DNA from: Alphaproteobacteria bacterium
GTDB taxonomy: Bacteria > Pseudomonadota > Alphaproteobacteria > GCA-2731375
NCBI GenBank assembly: GCA_965232515.1
Contig: CBDDPY010000002.1
Coordinates: 6,592,001-6,656,000, forward strand
Reading direction: 5' to 3'
Length of the DNA stretch: 64,000 bases
Part shown: positions 56,495 through 64,000 of the stretch, piece after piece
How the letters are laid out: every line of letters begins with the position of its first letter
Position numbering within the stretch: position 1 is the first letter of the stretch
Notes under the pieces: model-generated
What the model was told of the DNA's origin: nothing
The model's input: only the letters and a program-made list of their open reading frames with translations
Database searches by the model: none
Made by a program: the position numbers and the translations under genes

Positions 56495-56609
56495 CGGGCT
56501 GGTGTAGTCGCACCTTTCTTTCCGCGCAAGCGCGCGCCATCGGCGTTGCGGACGCGCCGGTGAATCCGCGATCATGCGGGCGGCCGATGACAGTTCCAAA
56601 GGGGCAGAC

Positions 56610-57326
56610 ATGGAAGCGCTTCCGATCCTCGCGCGCGAAACCAGGATCCTGGTGTTCGATCAATACGGCACCATTGTCGACATGCAGACGGGCCTGACCG
56701 AGGCCGCGGCGCCGTTCCTGAAAGAGAAGGGCTGGGACGGCGAGCCGCACCGCTTCGTCACCTGGTGGCGGCGGACGCATTTCGAGAACTCCATGATCGA
56801 CGCGCTCTGCGACCGCGGCCACACGCCCTATCGCCAGATCGGCCACCGCGCCGTCTCCTACGTGATGGACCGCTGCGGCATTGCCTACAGCCAGGCCGAG
56901 GTGCGCTGGCTGGTGGCGCAGATCGAGACCCTGAAGCCGTTCCCCGACGTCGTCGCGGCGCTGCAGGACCTGCGCGACGCCGGATACAAGCTCGCCATCC
57001 TGTCGAACGGCGACCGCGACATGCTGGCGGCGGCGCAGCCGCATATCGGCTTCGCCTTCGACCATGTGATCTCGGTCCAGGAGGCCGGCTACTTCAAGCC
57101 GCACTGGCAGACCTACGCCACCGCCGAGCGCATCACCGGCGAGGACCGTTCGAGCTGCTTGTTCGTCGCCAACCACGCCTTCGACTGCATCGGCGCCAAG
57201 GCCTACGGCATGCGCACGGCCTTCATCGACCGCCGCAAGCGCCCCTTCGGCGAGACCCCGCACCAGCCCGACATCATCGTCGAAGACTTCGCCGCGCTCG
57301 CCGCCGCCCTGGCGCAACAGGCATGA
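56610..57326 (+). CDS. Haloacid dehalogenase type II-like HAD hydrolase
   Basis: VFDQYGTIVD, ILSNG, FKP, FDCIGAK. Confidence 0.85.
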   Translation: MEALPILARETRILVFDQYGTIVDMQTGLTEAAAPFLKEKGWDGEPHRFVTWWRRTHFENSMIDALCDRGHTPYRQIGHRAVSYVMDRCGIAYSQAEVRWLVAQIETLKPFPDVVAALQDLRDAGYKLAILSNGDRDMLAAAQPHIGFAFDHVISVQEAGYFKPHWQTYATAERITGEDRSSCLFVANHAFDCIGAKAYGMRTAFIDRRKRPFGETPHQPDIIVEDFAALAAALAQQA

Positions 57327-58126
57327 CGCCGGCCATGTTGAGCAACGAACAAACCCAGGCGGCGAGCGATCTGCTGTGCCGGCATTGGCGCGATGGCACG
57401 GTGCTGACCACGCTGCCCAACGACCTGCGGCCAACGAGCCGCGCCGAGGGCTACGCCATCCAGGCCCATCTCGAAGCCCACGGCGCGCCGCCGCTCTACG
57501 GCTGGAAGATCGCCGCCACCAGCGAAGACGGCCAGCGCCACATCGGCGTCGACGGCCCGATGGCCGGGCGCATTCTGGCCGAGCGCGCGCACGACGACGG
57601 CGCGACCGTGCCGTTCGGCGCCAACCGCATGGCCGTCGCCGAGGCCGAATTCGCGTTCCGCATGGACCGCGATCTGCCACCGCGACCCACGCCCTACGAA
57701 GCAGAAGAAGTGCTGGCCGCCGTCGCCAGCCTGCATCCCGCGATCGAGCTGCCGGACTCGCGGTTCGACGACTTCGCGACGGCGGGCGGGCCGCAGCTCA
57801 TCGCCGACAACGCCTGCGCGCACGAGTTCGTGCTCGGCCCGGCCGCGCCAGACGACTGGCGGTCCCTCGATCTCGCCGCGCATGCCGTCACCGGCACGGT
57901 CGCGGGCAAGCTCGACCGCGACGGTATCGGCGCCAACGTGCTCGGCGATCCGCGCGACGCGCTGGCCTGGCTCGCGAACGAGCTCTCCGCCCTCGGCCTC
58001 ACCCTCAAGGCAGGTCAGGTCGTCACCACCGGCACCTGTCTGACGCCCATGCCCATCGCCGCCGGCGACGCCGTCGCGGCCGACTTCGGACCGCTCGGAA
58101 AGGTCGCGTTGCGTCTCGGTCATTGA
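57323..58126 (+). CDS. 2-keto-4-pentenoate hydratase-like (FAH superfamily)
   Basis: GWKIAATS, EAEFAF, IELPDSR, ADNA, GQVVTTGT. Confidence 0.87.
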   Translation: MTPAMLSNEQTQAASDLLCRHWRDGTVLTTLPNDLRPTSRAEGYAIQAHLEAHGAPPLYGWKIAATSEDGQRHIGVDGPMAGRILAERAHDDGATVPFGANRMAVAEAEFAFRMDRDLPPRPTPYEAEEVLAAVASLHPAIELPDSRFDDFATAGGPQLIADNACAHEFVLGPAAPDDWRSLDLAAHAVTGTVAGKLDRDGIGANVLGDPRDALAWLANELSALGLTLKAGQVVTTGTCLTPMPIAAGDAVAADFGPLGKVALRLGH

Positions 58127-58268
58127 CCGTTAAGTGACTGCCACCTAGGATTGCAATCTGGTCCACGCGACCATTCCTGGTGGGGGATCTCAAAACCATC
58201 GATTCCTGCCGGCCTTGCGCCGGCCACGGGAAGCGTTTGTGCTGCAACGATAAGAATTGGAAGGATCT

Positions 58269-59135
58269 ATGTTGGGGACAGTATCTCGTCGCAGAACCGC
58301 GACAACAGGTGCGCGCCTGGCCGCTCTGCTGGTCGGCGCGTCAGTATTCGCCGGTACGGCGGCCCAGGCCGCCACGATCACGGTCACCGAGTTTGCCGCC
58401 GCCGCCGCGGCCGGCGTCTGGGGCGTCACCGACAACCGGGCCGGCGGCACGTCGACCATCGTCAGTCTGAACGGCGCGGGCGGCAATCTCGAGAATGCGG
58501 CCCCGGCGCCGACGGGCGCGGCCCGTCTGACCACCGGCTTGGCCAATGGCGACAAGGCGCAGGTCGGCGTGCTCGGCGATTTCGGCACCGTCCGCTCGAT
58601 CCTGGCCGACAACACCTTCGCGGTCAGCTACGACTACCACAAGGCCTTCGTCGCCGGCGGCAACACGGCGGCCGCGCCGTCGATCAAGTTCAGCTTCTTC
58701 GATCCGAACGATCCTGATGTGGGCATTCCCGGCCGTGGCTTCGGCACGCTCGTCTACGAGCCCTATCTGAATCAGGTGGGCAATCCGACACCGGATGTCT
58801 GGGCCACGGAGAACATCGATGCCGACAACGGCCTGTTCTCCTGGACCGGCGGCTTCGGCCAGCCGAACACGGTCGCGGGCCCGCCGCTGCGCACGCTGAA
58901 CGAATGGGCGGGCGTGCTGGACGCGAACTTCCTGGACGCCACCCTGTTCGACATCAGCGTCGGCGTCGGCACCTTCAACCAGGGCCAGGACGGCTATTTC
59001 GACCTCGTCAGCATCACCCGCGACGGCGTCAACACGACCTGGGACTTCGAGGCCGTGCCCGAGCCCGCCTCGATGACGCTGTTCGGCCTCGGTCTCGCCG
59101 GCCTCGCCTTCGCCCGCCGTCGGCGCAAGGCCTAG
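58269..59135 (+). CDS. PEP-CTERM sorting-domain surface protein
   Basis: Signal peptide ending AQA; C-terminal VPEPASMTLFGLGLAGLAFARRRRKA. Confidence 0.9.
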   Translation: MLGTVSRRRTATTGARLAALLVGASVFAGTAAQAATITVTEFAAAAAAGVWGVTDNRAGGTSTIVSLNGAGGNLENAAPAPTGAARLTTGLANGDKAQVGVLGDFGTVRSILADNTFAVSYDYHKAFVAGGNTAAAPSIKFSFFDPNDPDVGIPGRGFGTLVYEPYLNQVGNPTPDVWATENIDADNGLFSWTGGFGQPNTVAGPPLRTLNEWAGVLDANFLDATLFDISVGVGTFNQGQDGYFDLVSITRDGVNTTWDFEAVPEPASMTLFGLGLAGLAFARRRRKA

Positions 59136-59382
59136 CGCATCCAACAACCGAACGTCGCCGCCCTCTCCCCAAATCGGGGAGGGGGCGTCGCCGCGCGCGC
59201 CGCGTGCGTTGCCTTGCCGGCAATCCGCGCCATATCCCCTCTCGGGCGCGGGCCGATCGGCGTGCCGCGCGTCCGAACCGTGCGGCTGCCGCGCCGTCAT
59301 GTATCCGTTTGCCGCGAAGCCGCGTAACGACAATGCGCGCCGGGCGCCGCCCCGGCCGCGCGCAATAGCAAGGGGACTTCAC

Positions 59383-59787
59383 ATGACCGTGGATGTGGCC
59401 GAAAAACTGATCAGCTTCCATACGTCGAACTCCGGCGCCGACGATTTCGTGCCGTTCGAATACGAGGAGCCGGGGGTCGGTATGCAGACCTTCGGCGAGA
59501 TCCACCTGATCCGCGCCGGCGGCTCCGGCGACGGCACGCTGCTCGCCGGCATCTGGCGGCTGCAGGAATCGACGACCAGCCCGGTCTACACCTCGGCCGC
59601 CGGCGACGAGACCTTCCTGGTGCTCGAGGGCGAGGTGACGATCCAGGTGCTCGACACCGACGAGACCTTCCACTTCAAGCCCGGCGACATCGGCTCCTGG
59701 TCCAAGGGCACGCGCACGATCTGGGACTTCAAGGCGCCGTTCAAGAAGTTCGTCGTCGTCGCCCACGACCAACCCATGCCCGGCTGA
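59383..59787 (+). CDS. Cupin (EutQ/cupin_3-like) protein
   Basis: AGIW, DETFLVLEGEV, FKPGD, PFKKFVV. Confidence 0.8.
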   Translation: MTVDVAEKLISFHTSNSGADDFVPFEYEEPGVGMQTFGEIHLIRAGGSGDGTLLAGIWRLQESTTSPVYTSAAGDETFLVLEGEVTIQVLDTDETFHFKPGDIGSWSKGTRTIWDFKAPFKKFVVVAHDQPMPG

Positions 59788-59844
59788 GCAATCGCGGTCG
59801 CCCTCCGCCGCGCGGCGAGAGGGCGACCGCGCGTCACCTTTGCG

Positions 59845-61149
59845 TCACCCCTTCGCCGCGTACACCGCCCGCTCGTAGGCGGCATAGACCTGCATGAACT
59901 GCGGCTCCACGAACGGCAGCGACTGCGTCATGATCAGCCCGGCGACGTCGCGCGCCGGATCGAACCAATAGTGCGTGTTGCAGACCCCGGCCCAGCCCTG
60001 CGAGCCGGCGCTGCGCATGCCGGGCACGTCCTGCTCGACCCGCAGGAAGGCGAAGCTGTGCGTCTTGTCCGTGCCTGGGAACAGATCGACGTCGGCGCTG
60101 ATCGGCGGCACGTAGGTGGTCATGCGCCCGATCCGGATATCGCCGATATGGTTCTCCAACATGGCGTCGACCGCGCCCTCGCTCAGCACGCGCTCCCCGT
60201 CGAGCTGCCCCCGGTTCAGGAACATGCGCAGGAAGCGCATGTAGTCCGGCGCCGTCGAATAGAGCGCGTGGCCCATGCCGTAGAATTCCGGCTGCGGCGG
60301 CGGCGCCAGCTCGAACGGCGCGAAGTTGCCGTCCTCGCCGCGTAGATAAACCGTGCAAAGGCGGCCCGCCCTGTCGCCGTCGACCTCGAACACCGTGTCT
60401 TTCATGCCCAGCTTGTCGAAGATCTCGGCCTGACAGAAGGCGTCGACGCGCCGGCCGTCCACGGCCTCGACCACCTGGCCCAGCCAGTCGATACCGATGC
60501 CGTAGTCCCAGCGCGCGCCCGGATCGAACACCATCGGCGTCATCAGGCCCTGCTTCTGGCCGGTGATCACCCCGGGCGCCTCCGTCACCTGCATGTATTT
60601 CTGCATGTCGGCGTTCCAGACGTCGTAAACCAGGCCCGAGGTGTGCGTCGTCAGATGCCGGATCGTCGCCTTGGTCTTCGGCGCTCGTAAAACAGGCGTA
60701 TCGCCGTCGAACCCGTCCAACACTTTCATGTCGGCGAACTGCGGCAGCACGCTCTCGACCGGCGTGTCGACCTCCAGCTTGCCCTGGTCGATCAGGATCA
60801 TCGCCGCGGTCGAGCCGACGGCCTTGGTCATCGAATAGATTCGAAACATCGTATCGAGCGTCGCCGGCGCGCCTTCGCTGCGGTCGCCGGCCGTGCCCGT
60901 CCAGTTGACGCCGGCCGCATCGCCCCACATCGCCACCGCGAACGGCACGTCGTTCTTAGCCACCGCGTCGGCCAGGACGCCGTCGAGCCCGTGCGCGCCG
61001 TGCGAGGCCGCCCGCGCCGCGCCGCCGAACGGCCGCCCGCCCAGTACCGCGCCGGCGCCCACTGCCGCCGCGCCGGCCATGAATCCCCGCCGGCCCAGCG
61101 ATCCGCGTGCCGGCATCGAATATCCCGTTTCCTGCTTTGTCTTGGACAT
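59845..61149 (-). CDS. Tat-exported serine hydrolase (family VIII esterase / beta-lactamase-like)
   Basis: GRRGFM signal; FRIYSMTK, LTTHTSG, WDYG, WAG. Confidence 0.87.
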   Translation of the reverse strand: MSKTKQETGYSMPARGSLGRRGFMAGAAAVGAGAVLGGRPFGGAARAASHGAHGLDGVLADAVAKNDVPFAVAMWGDAAGVNWTGTAGDRSEGAPATLDTMFRIYSMTKAVGSTAAMILIDQGKLEVDTPVESVLPQFADMKVLDGFDGDTPVLRAPKTKATIRHLTTHTSGLVYDVWNADMQKYMQVTEAPGVITGQKQGLMTPMVFDPGARWDYGIGIDWLGQVVEAVDGRRVDAFCQAEIFDKLGMKDTVFEVDGDRAGRLCTVYLRGEDGNFAPFELAPPPQPEFYGMGHALYSTAPDYMRFLRMFLNRGQLDGERVLSEGAVDAMLENHIGDIRIGRMTTYVPPISADVDLFPGTDKTHSFAFLRVEQDVPGMRSAGSQGWAGVCNTHYWFDPARDVAGLIMTQSLPFVEPQFMQVYAAYERAVYAAKG

Positions 61150-61239
61150 GTCCCCGCTCCCCTGATTGTCGTCGGGGCGCGTTGCGCGACGCCCCTGGGC
61201 AAAGGATAGCAGGTGTCCGCGCGGAGTGTGACCAGCGTG

Positions 61240-61350
61240 TCAGGCCGTCGTCAGCCGCCGCGTGTGGCGGGCGATCATCGCTTCCTCGTCCGTCGGCACG
61301 ACAAAGGCTTGCACGCGGGACGGGTCGGTTGAGATCACCGGCTCGGCGGC
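61240..61350 (-). pseudogene. ackA: Orphan duplicate of the last 36 codons plus stop of ackA
   Basis: Encodes [36 protein letters not shown]; 100 of 111 nt identical to 63444-63554, no indels. Confidence 0.9.
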
Positions 61351-61351
61351 G

Positions 61352-61918
61352 TCAGTCGTCGCGCAGGAAGGCGTCGGAGTGCAGCCAGGACAGCACATCC
61401 CGGAACGCCGCCTGCTCGCCCAGGCCGCGGCAGACGATCAGCGCGCCCTGGATCCGGACCACCGCGTCCATCGCTCGCTGCCGGGCCCGCGCCCTCGGCA
61501 GCCCGGCGTCGCGCAGCACCGTTGCCAGCGCGTCGATCCAGCTGTCGAAGATGCGCTTGACCACGACGTCGGCGGCGCGATCGGTTTCGCCCAGCGCGAG
61601 TACGCCCAGGATGCAACCCGACGCGCCCCGATCGTAGTAGCCGTTCAGAAACCGGGTCATCAGCCGGATGCGTTTGGCCGGCGGTCCGGCCTCGCGCATC
61701 GGCCGCAGCACGGCGCGCTCGAACTGCTCCTCGGTGTCTTCCAGAACGGCCAGCAGCATGTCGGCTTTGCCGTTCGGAAAATAGTAGTAGAGGCTGCCGC
61801 GCGGCAGCTTGGTGGCGGCGCAGATCCGCCGCAGCGTCGCGCCCTCGTAGCCGTGGTCGCGGAACTGCCGGTTCAGCGTCGCCATGACGCGCGCGCGGTC
61901 GGGGATCGGCGGGGACAT
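61352..61918 (-). CDS. TetR family regulator
   Basis: FRDHGYEGATL, GSLYYYFPNGK, GCIL, IQGAL. Confidence 0.88.
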   Translation of the reverse strand: MSPPIPDRARVMATLNRQFRDHGYEGATLRRICAATKLPRGSLYYYFPNGKADMLLAVLEDTEEQFERAVLRPMREAGPPAKRIRLMTRFLNGYYDRGASGCILGVLALGETDRAADVVVKRIFDSWIDALATVLRDAGLPRARARQRAMDAVVRIQGALIVCRGLGEQAAFRDVLSWLHSDAFLRDD

Positions 61919-62005
61919 CGGTTACTCGATACGTCAGGTTTCTCTTGCCGCCGTCACATATCAACCGACGCGGCCCCGGGCAACAGCGCGGGGCCGCCGC
62001 GCCGG

Positions 62006-63298
62006 TTACTCCGCCGCCTGGTCCAGGCCGCCGCCGAGCCAGGGCGGCGTGCGCGCTTCCGCCGCCGCCATCGGATCGTAGCCCTCGGTGCGGAACAGGT
62101 CGTGCAGCTGCCGCCGTCGCACGCCCATATTGCCGCCGTCATAGATCGGGAAGCACAGCGCGTCCCGCATCAACGCCTCCAGCGGCAGGCTTTCGAGATA
62201 GCTGTCGACGCCGACCAGGCGCATGGCGTCGTAGACCACCTCGACGCAGAGTTCCGAGCAATGCGCCTTGGTGATCACGGCCAGTTCCTCGCCGGCGCCG
62301 CCGGTCTGGTCCAGATAGTGACAGGCCTTCCAGGTCAGATAGCGCGCCGCTTCCAGCTTCATCTTCATGTTCGCCAGCATGTAGCCGACATTCTGATGCT
62401 CGATCACGGGCACCGGCCCGGAGCGGTTGTCGCGCCGGGCGAAGTCGAGCGCATAATCGAAGGCCGCGCGCATGACACCGACGCAGGCTGCGCCGATGAT
62501 CGCCGCGGTCCAGGAGAAGGCCCGGCTGCAGATCGCGATGCCGTCGCCCGGCGCGCCGATCATGTGGTCGGCCGGCACCCGCACGTCGTTGAAATGCACG
62601 CGCGGCGAGACGACGGCCCGCTGGCCCATCTGCTCGTAGACCTCGACGATCTCGATGCCGGGCGTGCCGCCGGGCACGATGATATGGGCCAGGCTTTCCT
62701 GCGGCGGCTTCGCCGGATCGGTGCGGCAGACGACGTTGTAGAGATGGGCGCCGTTGCCGTCGAAGCCGGTGCCGTTCGTCGTGTAGTGCTTCTGACCGTT
62801 GATCACCCAGTCGTCGCCCTCGCGGCGGGCGAAGGTGCGGACGCCGTGCTCGGGATCTGCTGTGTCGAAGTTGGCGCCGCCGGTGACTTCGGTAAAAGCC
62901 AGCGCCGCCAGCAGCATGCCGGTCTCGTCCGTGACGAAGGGAGTCAGGAACTGCCGCTTTTGGTCCTCGGTGCCGAACTGGATGGTCGGTTGCAGCGCCA
63001 GGCCCGTCGCCAGCAGCGCGCTCGGGACGTTGACGTCGACCCGGGCCAGTTCCTCGGCCGCGATGGCGAAGTCGAGCGCGCCGGCGCCACCGCCGCCGAC
63101 CTCGGCCGGCATCAGGCTCTTCATGAAACCCGCGCCCACCATCTGTTGAAAGAACGGCTGGATGGCCTGAAAGCGCTCGGCCGGGTCGTGATGCTTGCGG
63201 ACCACGTCCCGGACCGGCGTCAACACCTGCTCGGCAAAGCCTCGGGCCCCCTGCTGCAACTCCTTATGCGCGTCGCTCAACGTGAAATCGATCGGCAT
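62006..63298 (-). CDS. Acyl-CoA dehydrogenase superfamily flavoprotein, nitroalkane oxidase-like
   Basis: IDFTLS, ERFQA, VINGQK, IEHQNV, CFPIYDGGNMGVRRRQL (Asp where most ACADs have IYEG). Confidence 0.8.
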   Translation of the reverse strand: MPIDFTLSDAHKELQQGARGFAEQVLTPVRDVVRKHHDPAERFQAIQPFFQQMVGAGFMKSLMPAEVGGGGAGALDFAIAAEELARVDVNVPSALLATGLALQPTIQFGTEDQKRQFLTPFVTDETGMLLAALAFTEVTGGANFDTADPEHGVRTFARREGDDWVINGQKHYTTNGTGFDGNGAHLYNVVCRTDPAKPPQESLAHIIVPGGTPGIEIVEVYEQMGQRAVVSPRVHFNDVRVPADHMIGAPGDGIAICSRAFSWTAAIIGAACVGVMRAAFDYALDFARRDNRSGPVPVIEHQNVGYMLANMKMKLEAARYLTWKACHYLDQTGGAGEELAVITKAHCSELCVEVVYDAMRLVGVDSYLESLPLEALMRDALCFPIYDGGNMGVRRRQLHDLFRTEGYDPMAAAEARTPPWLGGGLDQAAE

Positions 63299-63364
63299 GT
63301 GTTCCTCCCTTGCTGCCCCGCGCCGCCACGTGGTTTCGGTTTTCGCTGTCACGGCGCCGATCGA

Positions 63365-63387
63365 TTATACCGAACGGTCGGTTATAA
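63365..63387. promoter_or_regulatory. TetR-type operator upstream of the oxidase
   Basis: TTATACCGAACGGTCGGTTATAA, core ACCGA-N4-TCGGT. Confidence 0.6.
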
Positions 63388-63443
63388 GCCATGGCGAACC
63401 GGGGCGCCCAATGGAGAGGTGCTAAATCGTATGCCTCTAAACG

Positions 63444-64000
63444 TCAGCCCGCTGTCAGCCGCCGCGTGTGGCGGGCGATCATCGCTTCTTCGTCCGTGGG
63501 CACGATGAAGGCTTGCACGTGGGACTGGTCGGTGGAGATCACCGGCTCGGCCGCGGCATTGCGCGCCGCGTCCAGTTCCAGGCCCAGCCAGTCGAAGCCG
63601 CCGGCGACCTCGGCGCGAATGCGGGCGGAATGCTCGCCGATGCCGCCGCAGAACACCAGCGCGTCCAGCCCGCCGATCAGCGCCGTCATGGCGCCGATCT
63701 CGCGCTTGATCCGGGTGACGAAATAGTCGATCGCCTGCCGCGCCTCCGGCCGGTCGGAGGCTTCTAGTTCGCGCATGTCGTGCGACACGCCCGACAACCC
63801 CTTCAATCCCGACTCGCTGTAGAGCAGCCGCGTGATCGCGTCATGATCCATGCCCTTCTCGGCCATCAGGTACAGCACCACGCCGGGATCGAGCTGCCCG
63901 CAGCGCGTGCCCATGGGCAGGCCGTCGAGCGCCGTGAAGCCCATGGTCGAGCCGACGCTGCGGCCATCGCGGATGGCGCAGAGCGAGGCGCCGTTGCCGA
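63444..64000 (-). CDS. ackA: Acetate kinase, C-terminal part (truncated by window end)
   Basis: [47 protein letters not shown]. Confidence 0.93.
   Translation of the reverse strand, partial: GNGASLCAIRDGRSVGSTMGFTALDGLPMGTRCGQLDPGVVLYLMAEKGMDHDAITRLLYSESGLKGLSGVSHDMRELEASDRPEARQAIDYFVTRIKREIGAMTALIGGLDALVFCGGIGEHSARIRAEVAGGFDWLGLELDAARNAAAEPVISTDQSHVQAFIVPTDEEAMIARHTRRLTAG

Noticed and set aside
11142-57322. Apparent long N-terminal extensions or fusions in the ORF track (11142-12503, 22255-24105, 27093-28937, 28100-29719, 45962-46966, 51754-53184, 56765-58126)
   Set aside because: Each extension overlaps another real gene; internal starts with RBS or coupling explain the true proteins
58130-58268. 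Cobalamin riboswitch suggested by GCCACGGGAAG
   Set aside because: The other B12-element motifs are not evident and the downstream gene is unrelated
61240-63554. IS or prophage as the cause of the ackA duplication
   Set aside because: No transposase, integrase or terminal inverted repeats lie between the copies, and the repeat is too long and diverged for a target-site duplication

Overview
High-GC chromosomal window, probably from an alphaproteobacterium (Rhodospirillales-like; inferred from EipA, DUF1127 and alphaproteobacterial REP-type repeats). It holds about 65 genes, mostly accessory catabolic and detoxification functions. No rRNA, tRNA, CRISPR array, integrase or transposase is visible. 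Main blocks: tandem feruloyl-CoA-synthetase-like genes; eipA and a secreted caspase-SH3 protein; cysQ, ornithine decarboxylase and speD; an ArsR-controlled operon (DUF1127, ArsP-type permease, atypical PhnDCE, SAM methyltransferase) with two copies of a palindromic operator; ycaQ, fdhD, mobA; an 11.7 kb IclR-linked cluster with two ABC importers, two tandem M14 deacylases and an amidohydrolase; a SELENBP1/methanethiol-oxidase-like gene with a His-rich membrane partner; a BVMO; a Co-type nitrile hydratase with the beta subunit split into two coupled genes, plus an amidase; several regulator-effector modules; a PEP-CTERM protein; and a 2.1 kb TetR plus nitroalkane-oxidase-like cassette bracketed by a diverged duplication of the ackA 3' end. 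The best candidates for an undescribed system are the ArsR-DUF1127-ArsP-PhnDCE-methyltransferase operon and the ackA-anchored nitroalkane oxidase cassette. All assignments come from reading motifs by eye; no database search was run.
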